A stretch of 64,000 nt of DNA from a virus (taxonomy: Duplodnaviria; Caudoviricetes). The first letter of the stretch is position 1; each line of letters opens with the position of its first letter. Location of the stretch: the IMG/VR virus record IMGVR_UViG_3300032335_001269, positions 37,526 to 101,525 of that record. One strand, given 5' to 3'. Position numbers and translations under genes: made by a program. Of the stretch, positions 40,701 to 52,988 are shown piece after piece. The notes under the pieces were generated by a model. It saw only the letters and a program-made list of their open reading frames with translations. It was not told where the DNA came from and ran no database searches.

Positions 40701-43700
40701 CCCCAGCAGACAAAGTAGTTTTAGTCATTTTTCATCCTTTTGTGAGTTTTTACTTCTATGCCAAATCGTATGAAGTTCATCAACACGATTTTCCCAAATC
40801 ATAGTATCTACAATATAGTCATATGGGGTTTCATAAGTGTCTTCATACACTTCTCTAATGAAGATAGATTTATTTACTGATTGTGGGTATTTCATTTATC
40901 TTTCCAAGTAAAGTCAAGAAGCAGTTTAGTAAAGTATCTCACAACACGATTTGGTTTCTTTTTCAGATATACTTTGATGTTTGGTTTGATGTCCCAGTAT
41001 CCTACCTCATCTTTACCAATTCTAAATTCTGTAGTCCAATCTACAGCACTGCTCACACCAAGAGTAGAACAATCTAAATTACCTATTGTAAGTCTGACTG
41101 GAAATTGTCCGTGTTCCTTCGCATACTCAAAGTTCTCAATAATTCTATTGAACTTTGTTTCATACAAAGTTTCAGCAATATACTTTGACTTATAAAAACT
41201 ATTCTTTGTTCTCTCAATCAAATCATCAAACTTCTCTTCACATTCTTGTTGGATTTCTTCTAATGATTTAGGTGGTTCAGGAATATCAAGATAAGGTTTG
41301 ATTACATCAAAATACTCAAAATCTTCGGTGTAATAAAAAGCACCAACAACATAAGGAAGAATACTTTGAGGTGCTTTTTTGAGTTTGTTTGGATTGAGTT
41401 TATATCCTATTTTTTCAGTCATTTTTCATATTCTCCCACTTCAACACAACCTTTTCAGCAACATAAGGAATAGTAAAATACTCTTTGAGAAGTTCATACT
41501 GTTCGTTGCCTTCTTCAGCAGAAGCATACAAATTCATACACTCAAAGACATTTCGCACATCTTCAAGAGTTTTAATTTTACTTACATCAAGTTTGTGATT
41601 TAGTGGTTCAGTCATTTGACATTCTCATTAATAGGGGGGTCAATCAATCCTGGTGGAATTACATACCAGATAATGTTGTTTGTTTTGCGAATATCTGTTA
41701 GAGCATACATAAACTCATCAATAGTATTAAAAGATAATACTTCAAAGTCCTCTTCTTGATGAAGAGAAATCTTTTTATTTTGAATATCTACCACATATTT
41801 TACTGGAGTTTTAAGGAGTTCAGTCATTTGTGATAATAATCCCAAATCCGTTGTTCCACCAATTCTAACACATCAGGAGGCACATAGGAAGTGTCTGTGG
41901 TTTTTGGAAGTTTTGCGACTTCCTCACAGATGAGTTCAAGTTCCATTAGGGTATAGTCAATCATTCTTCAATCTCCACATTTCCCCAACGATTTAATGCT
42001 TCACGAATAGTTTTCCTAACTTCGGGATAAAGATTGTAATACCCTCCAATCTCATCCCAGAGTTCATCAAGTTGTTCGTCGGTTGGTTCAGTCATAATCA
42101 ATAATCAACTCCTTCTACTCTATTATCCCAATTTGGTCTCATTACACCTTTTTTATCCCAATGTGCTCTCACATCTTTAAACCTAAAATCATAAAGTCGT
42201 TGAACAGCACCATTGCGATTTATGATTTCGTTTTCCAACTGACGAATGTAGATATAAACTGGGTCGGGCACTTCAAAGTGTTGAAGGTCTTTGTAGGGCA
42301 TATTATAGCACGAAATGTAAGATTTAGTCATTTCTGGTTCTCTTGAAGTTTGAGGTAATCATAAGCAATCTTACACTCTTTGGGTTTCTCTACACAATAC
42401 ACAATACCTTCATTTTTCCCTTCTATGACACCATCATCAAAACCAAACCGAGTGCCTAAAAGAAATGCAACACCAATGGTTGCGAGAATACCAAAACAAA
42501 CTGTTCCAATAGCAAAATCATCGTTCATTTCACTTCACCTCATTATAAAATACAGGAACTTCACCACAAATAGAATTTGCTGAATGACCTACGGTATAAG
42601 ATTTCCTACATTCTATCACAATCTCATAAGATTTCAAGAACATCTCTCTGTCCTTTTGAGTATTGTAAGTGTTTAGTAGTTCCATAGAAAGGAAATAACC
42701 AGTAATGATAAGAAGTGGAATGATGAGAGTAAAGATAAAAAGTTTCATAGTTTTTCAATCTCCTCACACAATTCCAAAAAATCAGCACACATAATCACAC
42801 CAGGGCTTTGTTGGAGTTGGTTAATTACCTCACGGAAAGCATCAGTAAGGTTTAGAGTTGGATCGTGCTGTGGATCATCATAATAAGCAGAAAATACTTT
42901 CTTTGCTTTTTCTTTCATATCAGGCATAATACATTTCCTCTTCGTAGGCAACATAATCACTTTGAAGATAGTTAAAGAACTCTCCGTCTTCATTTCTCAT
43001 AGTATAACACCATTCATTCCAACATTCACCAAACCAATAATACCCAGCAGAAAGTTTCTCAAAGAAGTTCATAGGACGATCGTAGAGTTTAGTCATTTTT
43101 CTTCCCGATTACTAATAAAAACTTTGAGAGTTCTTCCGTCATCCTGAAAGGACAACTCTACCTTATTATTGTCGTCCCAATTTACATAAGACCTTCCATC
43201 TTGGTCAATCACTTCTACACGGGTTACATTATCAGTTGAGTAAGTCATTTTTTCACACAACTAATAAATCCACAACCTTCCTCACCACAACCACACACAA
43301 CATAAGAATATTTTGTTGGTTGTTCAATTTCTCCTCGTTTTACTCTTGAATTTAGAATATTCTGTGCTCTTACAGCAGCAGAAAGGTCTTTTGGGGTCAT
43401 CCATCTAAAACTCATTTTAATACCTCACAAAGTGGGAATACTCTTACTGAACTGATAAATCCTGGTTTTGTATATTTTTCTCTGTAATCTGCTGCGAACT
43501 CTTTTGCTTTTTCTTTGGTTTCAAAAACTCCAAAGTATCTATGAAGTCCCTCTACACCTTCATATTTGTTATAAAGTCCCACTATCCACTTATGAGAATG
43601 TTCTGGGTAGTTGTCGTTTTCATCAATCCAGTCGTAGTATGCGTCCTTATTCATCATTTACTTTAAGCATCGTTTTTTCGGTGATAATGTCCTTTTCCAG

Positions 43701-46700
43701 TTCGTATGGTGATGCTACTTGAAGATAGGTTTGATACTGATGCTCGTTGAGGTCTTGTGATGGAATGTATCCTTTATAAGTCAGCATTTTTTGAATTGCT
43801 TTTTTAGTTGGTTCTTCCCAGTCCTCTTTGAAGTTAAACATCAGTCATTCCACCCAGAAAAGTATGTTGTGAAAAAGTTAAAACTGAAACCAACCTTGCC
43901 AACTTGAAAATCTGCTCCAAACAAAGAAGAAGAAGTGAAAAATGAGAGTAGGATATGAAGACCACCATTACTATGGACTAAACTACTGGGGTTCTCATAA
44001 TTCACCCACAGGAATGAACGATTTTTGAAAATACCAAACTGCCAAGTGTGTGAGGTTTCACCTTCATCCCAGACTTTTTTATCGTATTGAAAGAGTTTAG
44101 TCATAATTAATCAAAGGTAATTCAACAGGTAGAGAAACACTATCAAGTCGTTCTCCATTTTCTACATCAAGAAGTTTCCAGATAGGAACTCCAATTCTTG
44201 TATCAAAAGCACCATCTCTTGTGGTGACAGTAATAGTGATTTTGTATCGTTTGAGGTCAGTCATAGCAACTCCATTTTACATTTACCATTTACATCATAA
44301 ACTACTTTGACTTGATAATCCACTGACATATCTGCTCTCCACATAGCATCTTTGAACTCTTGTGTTTCTTTTTCTGGGTATTTGGGAACAAGTTTGAAGT
44401 TCTCATCATACTCATTACAATTCACATCACCAAGATAATGGAGATTTAGATAACGACGGAGTTGTTGTCTTTGTTCGTGGTCAAGTTGAATTCTTACAAA
44501 TGTGACGAATTCGTTTGATACTGGGAATTCTTCGTTAGTCATTCTTCATCCTCCTCTTCATCACCATCCCAATCAATCTCAACGGTTTCAAACTGTTCTA
44601 CATTAGTGTAAGGCATAGGATTTGCAGGTCCTCCCATCTCATAATGGATTTTATCAAACAATTCATTAAGCACTAAACTCTCAAATCCTTCTTGGTCTGG
44701 ATAATCCTCCCAATCCTCAAACATTTCAGTTGTGGGAGAAACTGTGAGAGTTCGGGTGTAAGTAACTGTGATTGCTTTGAGTTGGATTTTAGTCATTCTT
44801 CACCAATCAAATTTGCAAGTTGTTGAACAGTCATATCTCTAAGAGTTCCAAGAGATACAGTTTCTTCTTCTGCTCTTTCCGTTCCTCGTTTGAAACCTTC
44901 TTCATATGCCCTCTTAAACTCAGCAGTAGTGTCTTTCTTCAGTTCTCTATATCTGCGTGAATGTTCAATCAGTCGTGATACAGTAATTTTACATTCTGGA
45001 GTATAAAGAACACCAAAGATTTCTTTTGAGTATTCTTCAATTAGTTGTTCGTCAGTCATTCTTCATCCTCACAAGGGAACAGTTCGTTGTATGCTTCATC
45101 AGTCAGCACAAGATACTCTACATTTTCAGCATCTTTGTGGTCTTCGTAATACACACAACGATAATGGTTGAATTGGTTGAGGTCTGTGCTGCCGTATTCT
45201 ACGACACCATCAACAAGGCAGAGGTAGTTCATTCTACAATCAGGCAATAACGACATTGGAAAGCAAAAGTTTCTTTTTGCCAGATTTTCTTCACACCATT
45301 TTCTTCCCAAGAATAAACTACTTCATACCAAGGGTCTGTGCTCCCATAAGAATTGAGACCTTCAACGGTCACATAACCTTTAGAACCATCTGCCCGTGCC
45401 CAACGAGAACCAACTTGGATTTCGTGTGATTTGAAGAAATGACGGACAACTGCTTTGCGTCCATCTATAATTTCAGTTTCGTAGTCCATCGGTGTTTGTT
45501 GTGTATGAGAGTATTATAAGGCAAAAAGGAGTCTTGTGGAGACCCCCTGTGCCAGTTTCTCAACTGACCCTTTCAAGTTTAGCAAGTGGTTCAGTTCCCC
45601 ATTTCATAGGTAAATCAAAATCCACAGTGATAGGCATTTCATTTCTGGAAACATTTTCATTCTCAATAATGCCCTGTTCTACTGCTCGTTCCACAGAAAG
45701 TTTCCTACGAATGACCCGATGAAGGTCATAAAGAATACCATTACTTTCTGGAAGGTCTGGATGTCCTACCCCAAGTGATGAAGCACCACCATCAATACCA
45801 TCAATCATATGTTTGGATAGAATTGCTCCAATAATTTTCATATCCTGATGAAATTCCCCATAATCAATGGGTTTTTGAAGAGGTAGATTATCTTGAATTT
45901 CTCTCCACTGACCAAGTTGAACTCTTTGAAGCAAATCAGTAGCATCTACAAGTGCTCGTGCCTGCTTTTCAGTGATGGTGAGATTGTAGGTTTTCATTGA
46001 TTTTCAATAATGATTTTGATTTGTTTGAGGTCTTCTATTCGTTGTTTTGTGAGGTCGTATTGTTCTACATACCAATCAATATCATTGACTTCGTGATTGG
46101 TTTCTTCACGAATGTCCCATTCATAACACTGAAGGTCTCCTTCTTGGTCTTGTATGAAGTAGTTGAGAGTATCAAGGAGTGACATTTTCGGGAACAGGGG
46201 GAGGAGGTGTTACTGGTGGTAGTATAGCAGGTTGTGGTGCTACTGTTTGAACTGGTGGTGGAAGTTTTACTGGTTCTGGAGCAACTTGTGGTTGTTGTGC
46301 TTGGTCAAGTTTTTTTTCCAACTCCATTACCTTTTGGTCTAATGGACTCAAAGGAACTTCTTTTTGAGAATCTGCCAGTTTCCAACCAGTTGCACCGGCA
46401 GCAAAGATACTTGCAAGAGCAGCAAAGACTGAAATTGTTTTAGAAAAACTCATTCAATAACCTCCCAATGTGCATCAGATTTGTCACCGAAACGATTAGT
46501 GCCAGTTCTTGTGCTTACCCAGAAGAAGTATTTGCGATTTTCTGATGCCAAGAACAACTCACCACCAGTATCCTGCTCTACAATACAGACAGGGTTACTG
46601 TCCATAATGTTAGCAAGGCGGTTCTTTGCTTTGCTGGACTTTGGTTTGACTGTTACTTTTCTCATTTTGAATCTCAAGGTTCAGTTTGCGAATACCAGTA

Positions 46701-48801
46701 ATAAAGTAAGCAAAATCTCTTGTTTCAGTAATCGGTTTGATTTGCTCGCATACATCACACTTTGACTCATACACACTGCTGCAACCAACACTATAAACTC
46801 CAAATTCCTTACCGCAATCAAAACAAGTGTTGTAAGCATTCTCAAGTTTCTTGAGTAGTGCCTTCTTCTCTTTGAGGTTCATAGTAGAGTTCAACTCCGT
46901 ATTTGTTTTTGAGGTTGTCTGTGAGGTAATCATACAGCAGGTCGGCAAACCCGTAGTGGGGTCTTGTGCCAGTTTCCAAACTGCCACTCGTTGCGACCGT
47001 CCACATAATATCCAATTCTTTTTTATCAGGTAAAGTCTTCATCATTTAACTCCACATCATCTGTAAGGTCTTTTAGTCTATTAAAGAAATCTTCATCTAC
47101 GGGATAGACCTTTTCTTCACCACGATCGATTCTGTCACACATTTCCATCAGGTATTCTAGAAACTCTTTGGGATATGTTTCATCTAGGTTAATGCTTGTC
47201 CAGAACCATTCATAACACTCCTGAAAGGGGTCGTCATTCTTCAGTAGAGCATAACTCTCATAGTTTCCACTAATAAGGTCTCTCCACATCTTGAAGTTGT
47301 TCCAGACTTCTCTCCAACCAGTTTGGAAGCAGTGACCGAAGTAATACTCAAACCAGTTCAGTTTCGTCTTCATTCATTTTCTCCAGATAATCCCATTTCC
47401 AAGTGCGACTCAAGACATCAATATCAAAACCAAACTTATATGCCCAGAAGAGAATACTCAACAGACCATTGCTTCCGCAGGTAAATTGAAAATATGGAAA
47501 ACTAGGATAGTCACTCCAACTCACAGAAAGTTGAAGCAAACTCCAACGCTTAATATTAATAATTTGAACATACCAATTGTGCCCGAAATCGTAATAGTGT
47601 TTAAATTTAATCAGTTTCATTGATTCAGTTCCTCTGCAAGTTGTAACATATCATTCTTATCCAAAACAATTCTACCATCTTGTGCCTGAAAAAACTGAAT
47701 ATTTTCTGCTGCAACCTGTAGAATCGCAGAAACCAGTTTTTCTTCTGTGTCAGCACCAGCATTTCGTGCTTCCCAGATTCTATTCATAAACTCTTGTGCT
47801 CTATCAGTCATCTTTAAATCCATCCTCAAAGTCAAACCATTCATACAGGGAATTCATCGCACCATCAACCACACAATCAACCACAGCATCCTGGTGTGGG
47901 TTCTCTACGTGTTTATGAGCACGGTTGTATCCAAAGCGGACACCTTCTTCCAGTGCCATCTCCAATACCTTACGAAAGTTGGGTTTCATTGTTTAAATTC
48001 CTTTTCAAGTTCTTTTGCAAGTTTTAGAGCACGACGCCACATTAAGTATTTTACCACAGGATTGCGTGGATTGTGAAGTAACCACCATCTTTTCTTTGCA
48101 AACCAAATTCCTACTAATTTGGAAATAAGATTCACCATAATTGCAACACTATTATCAGTTACGATAAAGTAAGCAATTACGGCAAAAGCAAAAAACCAAA
48201 AGTAGTAGGAAGATGTCATTGAATTAAAGCATTATGTCTATTTAATACCGTTAAACTGCCTCATAAATCGCACACACTTTTGAAATTGTTCCCATTGCTT
48301 ATCAGAAAAATTATCCGATGCATAAGGAATTTGCACGACTGCAGCACAAACCCGATTTACATTTACAGTAATCATCATTTCATTTGCAGATGCTGGAGTT
48401 GCACACGCAATCAGAAATGGAATTGCAAGAAGTTTTTTCATAGAAATTCGTCCAGAGTTGAAACAGATGCACCTTTTGCCGCTTTTTGAATGTAGGACTT
48501 TGCGGACTTATAGTTGTTCGCAGTATGAACCTGCTGCCCTTTGTAAATGATGATGTACTTTTTTCCAGTCCAGCATACTGCTGCCCATTCACCATCTTTG
48601 CTTACAAAACCATTTGGGTCTCCTGGTTTAGGATTCAGAAGACCCTCATTTTGGATATTCACCGGTTTCCACCAGTAACATTTACAATGCGAGCATTTGG
48701 ATTTCTTGCCTTTACAACCTCTTGTGCCTCACGAGGACTGTTTGCATAAACCTCTTCAGCAAGATGATGATTGCCTGCAACAAAGATTACGTTGTACTTC
48801 A
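37767..48801 (-). other. Hyperplastic array of more than 35 small hypothetical ORFs
   Basis: Contiguous minus-strand ORFs of ~50-215 aa, mostly joined by ATGA overlaps, with palindrome promoters at 40265, 45548, 46965 and 48866. Confidence 0.75.
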
Positions 48802-48884
48802 TGGGAGGGGGGTGTTTTGATTACGAATGTATTATAAGGGATTTTAGTGGTCTTGAAGTGACCGTTGTGACAGTTTGGAAGGTG

Positions 48885-49586
48885 TCACATCCAAAAAGGA
48901 TCTATACTGTATCCAAAATACTCAAAATCATCAGCATAGATCTTTTGAACCCAATTAATCAAATAATCATTGTAGATTTCCGAATAATTTTTAGAATAAT
49001 TTCCTGAATTATATTTTGTTGTATGAATGTCTGTTAGATTATAATCTTTAGCAATTTGATCCAATTCTGTTTCCATTTTATAGAAACGATCTATTGTAAC
49101 AACATCATTAATATCTTTTATATAATCAACCTGTTGAGTTTTATAACTGTGAGGAAATCTATCAATAATGGATTGGATTGTTGAGTTAGACAAAAAATCA
49201 ACAAAACTCATATTTTGATTTGCAGTTACTCCAAACAATCTTAAGACTTGTTTACACATAGAAACTGCTCTCGTATAAGGATTACGAACAATTGTTATGA
49301 TTTTATGATCATTCCAATCTCCAGACTTCTGCCACACCCACAATGGAGAATGTTTTGTTGTCAGATAATCAACTTCAGAGAGTTGTAAAAAGGGATGCTC
49401 CAAAATATCTGAAATATATATTTCTTCCCAAAATATATTCCTGGCAGAAATGCTTAAGTTTTTAATTTTACCAACTTCATCATAGTCTATGATGTCATTG
49501 GAAGAATTATGAAATACTTGACGTAGATTGGTTCCCGATGTTTTGGGAATATGAATATACATATCCTCCCGATTGATAATGAACAT
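48885..49586 (-). CDS. Sulfotransferase family 2 protein
   Basis: True start MFIINRED (GGAGG SD); HIPKTSGT 5'-PSB and VRNPYTRAVS 3'-PB motifs; YADDFEYFGY. Confidence 0.88.
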   Translation of the reverse strand: MFIINREDMYIHIPKTSGTNLRQVFHNSSNDIIDYDEVGKIKNLSISARNIFWEEIYISDILEHPFLQLSEVDYLTTKHSPLWVWQKSGDWNDHKIITIVRNPYTRAVSMCKQVLRLFGVTANQNMSFVDFLSNSTIQSIIDRFPHSYKTQQVDYIKDINDVVTIDRFYKMETELDQIAKDYNLTDIHTTKYNSGNYSKNYSEIYNDYLINWVQKIYADDFEYFGYSIDPFWM

Positions 49587-49587
49587 A

Positions 49588-50823
49588 TCACCTCCTGACA
49601 ACGCTGACGGCAACCTCACCTTGCTTGAAGATGATGTCCACCACATTCTGGACTGCCTTCGCAGTGCCCGTGGATGCCTTGTCAAAGACCGGGCAGACCA
49701 CCAGACCATAGGATTTGGCATAGGACGCCAGGTCGCCTGCCTGAAGGGCACCAGAGCGGATTCCAGCGGCGTCTTGGGGGTGCAGTCGCAGGGTACGACC
49801 AACGGTCTGACCGATGCCCACAACGTCCATAGAGCGCAAGAACACGACCGCTTCCAGAGCAGAAATGTTGATACCTTCTGCCAGAATGCTGTGATGCAGG
49901 ACCACAAACTTTTTGTCAGGGTCTTTGCCCCAAGCATTCAGAGTGTCAAAAAACACCTCACGATTGACCTTCTGCCCGTCAATAAAAGCACCGTGCTTGG
50001 CAGTGATGTGCAGCACAGAGTAACCTTGCTCGGCAAGTTGGTCAGCAAAGTCAGATTCAGACAGAAGAGCAATGATGTGACGAGTTGCCTTTGCACACAC
50101 CAGAATCTTATCAACAGGATTGTCCTGAATGATTTGCATCAGATACTCACAGTCCCGTTGAGCAATATCCTCACCCTTGACCGACAGACGCATCGGAACA
50201 GTAATCACTTTGGGAGGAATGATATAACCACCCTGCACCAATTCAGGAGCAGGAACTTTGGCAATGATGTTGCCATACACAGCAACATCATTCATACCAG
50301 GTTTTGCAACGGTGGCAGAATACTTGGGAGTTGCGGTAAAGAAATAGCAACGCTTTGCTTCAGCAGCAAAATGCTCTACAGCAGGAAAGAAGTGACGTTG
50401 AACGCTATTGTGTGCCTCATCAAAGTAAATCGTATCCACCTCAATATCTGCCTTTGCAAGTTGCTGCAGAGAATTGTAAGTGGTAAAAATCAGTTTATGA
50501 CCTTGAGTTTGCTCATACCAAGTGCGAATCACATTGGGACGGGTGCTGCTGAAGTGATGCGTCTCACCACTATGAACATGCAACACAGAAGCATTGGTGA
50601 TAAACTCAAGGAACTCACTAGACAGTTGCTCTGCCAGGAGGATGCGCGGCGCCGTCACTACAATAGTCTTGGGGGTAGCAGACTCAAACACACGCAGAGC
50701 ATCAAAGATGCCCACGTTGGTCTTACCACCGCCGGTGGGAAAGACGCACACCCCTTTGAGATGCTGTGCCAGAGCATCCAGAGCAACTTGTTGGTGAGGA
50801 CGAAGTTGAATCATCGGTCTCAT
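49588..50823 (-). CDS. Superfamily 2 (DEAH, ResIII-like) helicase
   Basis: QLRPHQ, PTGGGKT, DEAH, TATP, LAEGIN, QTVGRTLR. Confidence 0.92.
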   Translation of the reverse strand: MRPMIQLRPHQQVALDALAQHLKGVCVFPTGGGKTNVGIFDALRVFESATPKTIVVTAPRILLAEQLSSEFLEFITNASVLHVHSGETHHFSSTRPNVIRTWYEQTQGHKLIFTTYNSLQQLAKADIEVDTIYFDEAHNSVQRHFFPAVEHFAAEAKRCYFFTATPKYSATVAKPGMNDVAVYGNIIAKVPAPELVQGGYIIPPKVITVPMRLSVKGEDIAQRDCEYLMQIIQDNPVDKILVCAKATRHIIALLSESDFADQLAEQGYSVLHITAKHGAFIDGQKVNREVFFDTLNAWGKDPDKKFVVLHHSILAEGINISALEAVVFLRSMDVVGIGQTVGRTLRLHPQDAAGIRSGALQAGDLASYAKSYGLVVCPVFDKASTGTAKAVQNVVDIIFKQGEVAVSVVRR

Positions 50824-50965
50824 TGAATATAGGAATATTATAGCAGCAAAAAAGGGGTCCTGCGACCCCCCTGTGCCAGTTGTGAAAGTGTCCTATAGGA
50901 GCTTAGATTCTTATCTTCAACCGGGACAAAGGTACTCTAGCAGTATTAGAGAGTTATGTCAAGTA

Positions 50966-52969
50966 TTAATAAAAATCATTCCAAGTAGATCCATTATAAC
51001 CCTGATGTCTTCCGGTATTGGAGTTGTAAATAATTGCACCAGCAGCAACATATGTTGGAGTAAGTGCATTCCTTTCTGATGTTGTTAATACGGGTGGATA
51101 GAAAGCACCTCTTAATGATGCTGTAAGATTCGCAAAACGTAAGTCAATTGCTCCAATAGGAAAGGCAGAGTTAATTCCAATTCCACCAATTCCGCGAATA
51201 ATAATATTACTATTATAGATATTGGTTTGACCAAATACTTGTAAGGATCCAGAATCAAGAATTCCATTCGTAGGATCATTGATTTGTGCAAGTGGTGCTG
51301 TGGTTCCAATGCCAATTTTTTCAACAATTCCTACTGTACCATTAACAAATAATTGCGGATTGAAGTTTGAATTTGTGGTAGAAATACCGATTCTATTGAA
51401 CAATCCAGTTTGTAATCGCGCATCTAAACCTACAATTGGACTTGTAGTTCCTATTCCAACCGACGAGACTCCAGATACGTGAAGTTCTGATAGTGTAGTA
51501 ATTCCTGATGTGTTGTTTAGATTAACATTCCGAAGAATACCACTAGAACTTCCAAGAATTGCCTTGTTTTCCCCAGACCCAATTGTAAGAGATCCAAGAA
51601 CTTCAGCAGATGCACCAAAATAAGCAGTACCTGTAACAGTTGAAGTTCCAACAACATGAAGATTGCTTGATGGATTTGTAATTCCAATACCCAATCTACC
51701 ATTATAAGTCAGAGACATCAATTCAGCATTTGTCTGACCATAAATCCAATCAAATCTTCCTGTGCCAATGCCGGAAGGTCCTGCGTGAAGATAAAGATTT
51801 ATATTTCCAGTGTCATTATTCAAAATGTCTAAAGTTTTATTTGTATTTCCAAATCTAATAACTGCTGTGCTTCTACCAACACCAACAGATTGACCAATAC
51901 TAATTCTTGCTTGATTTGTTTGGGAAATAACCTCTACCAAAGAATCATTATTTTTAATGATTTGCAATTCTGACGTTGGAATTGCAGTCCCAACACCAAT
52001 TCTTCCAGTGTTTAATGCAGAAAATCCCGTACCATCAGTTCCAACATTTAGAGAATTGGATGCTGTAGCAATTGCGACAGAAATATTTGGATTTCCAGAC
52101 AACGAAGTGGCAGTAGTGGCAGTGCCAGTTAAATTGCCGGTAAAAGTAGTTGCCGTTACAGTACCGACGCTGATATTGGATGGAAGTCTTGCGTTATTTA
52201 ATGTTCCTAATGAAATATTAGAAGCATTAATTCCAGAAATATCAGTTCCAAATCCACTAAAACTATATCCACTTATAGTACCAGTGACGCTGATATTGGA
52301 TGGAAGTCTTGCGTTATTTAATGTTCCTAATGAAATATTAGAAGCATTAATTCCAGAAATATCAGTTCCAAATCCACTAAAACTATATCCTGTTATAATA
52401 CCGGAGAGATTAATATTTGATGGAAGTCTTGCGTTATTTAATGTTCCTAATGAAATATTAGAAGCATTAATTTGAGTAATGTTGGATCCAATCCCAGCAA
52501 AACTAGAAGCAGTTACAATTCCAGTGTATGTTGCATTTCCATCATTATTAATTGTGACTGCAATCCCAACTTGCAAATTACCTGTGGGAAGAGTTGTTCC
52601 AATTCCTACTTTTGATATTGTAGAGATACTACCTGCAGTAACGTGCCATCCATCCACAGCAATTGCATAAATGTTTGTCAATCCAGTAGCACTTCCATAA
52701 AAAGTTGTTGCAGTAACAACTCCAGAAGTATTAATATTTTGCGCTGTTAAAAATCCAACTGTAGTGATTCCAGTAACATTTAAATTAACAACATTTATGG
52801 TTGCTGCTGTAACTAATCCAGTGACTCTAGTATCGCCATATACATTCAAAAGATATCCTTCGGGAATCGTTGTTCCAATTCCAACTAAACCGTTAGCATT
52901 TACAACAAAGTTGTCATTATCAACTTGAACCCCATTCCTAAAGTTAAATGACTTATTATAATTTGCCAT
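50966..52969 (-). CDS. Tail fibre protein
   Basis: Repeated VGIGTT.P motifs, Gly/Thr/Ser-rich; late promoter GATAAATA at ~52990. Confidence 0.85.
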   Translation of the reverse strand: MANYNKSFNFRNGVQVDNDNFVVNANGLVGIGTTIPEGYLLNVYGDTRVTGLVTAATINVVNLNVTGITTVGFLTAQNINTSGVVTATTFYGSATGLTNIYAIAVDGWHVTAGSISTISKVGIGTTLPTGNLQVGIAVTINNDGNATYTGIVTASSFAGIGSNITQINASNISLGTLNNARLPSNINLSGIITGYSFSGFGTDISGINASNISLGTLNNARLPSNISVTGTISGYSFSGFGTDISGINASNISLGTLNNARLPSNISVGTVTATTFTGNLTGTATTATSLSGNPNISVAIATASNSLNVGTDGTGFSALNTGRIGVGTAIPTSELQIIKNNDSLVEVISQTNQARISIGQSVGVGRSTAVIRFGNTNKTLDILNNDTGNINLYLHAGPSGIGTGRFDWIYGQTNAELMSLTYNGRLGIGITNPSSNLHVVGTSTVTGTAYFGASAEVLGSLTIGSGENKAILGSSSGILRNVNLNNTSGITTLSELHVSGVSSVGIGTTSPIVGLDARLQTGLFNRIGISTTNSNFNPQLFVNGTVGIVEKIGIGTTAPLAQINDPTNGILDSGSLQVFGQTNIYNSNIIIRGIGGIGINSAFPIGAIDLRFANLTASLRGAFYPPVLTTSERNALTPTYVAAGAIIYNSNTGRHQGYNGSTWNDFY
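52166..52472 (-). repeat. 120-bp in-frame tandem repeat (2.5 copies) in the tail fibre
   Basis: 52166-52270 and 52286-52390 are identical; partial third copy to 52472; encodes INASNISLGTLNNARLPSNI. Confidence 0.95.
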
Positions 52970-52988
52970 CTTTTGAATACATTTTTAG

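Larger units (their letters stand above)
13184..50895 (-). repeat. Dispersed 24-bp palindrome TGTGCCA-N10-TG(G/T)CACA plus a -10 box at fixed spacing (~21 copies)
   Basis: + strand starts: 13184, 13940, 14214, 14875, 16084, 16363, 16954, 17698, 17899, 22303, 22965, 23782, 25638, 27169, 28374, 36801, 40265, 45548, 46965, 48866, 50872. Each lies 28-31 nt from a minus-strand TATAAT/TACAAT-like hexamer. The promoter-distal half is often degenerate. Confidence 0.9.

Noticed and set aside
49587-49937. N-terminal extension or fusion of the sulfotransferase ORF (48885-49937)
   Set aside because: It overlaps the helicase 3' end in another frame; a GGAGG SD and ATG at 49586 give a complete sulfotransferase.
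49573-50826. 417-aa plus-strand ORF
   Set aside because: Exact antisense shadow of the SF2 helicase, with no motifs; explained by codon bias.
13184-50895. Palindromes as integron attC sites
   Set aside because: The GTT/AAC core is in the wrong arrangement, the element is only 24 bp, no integrase is in the window, and the fixed spacing to -10 boxes fits an operator better.
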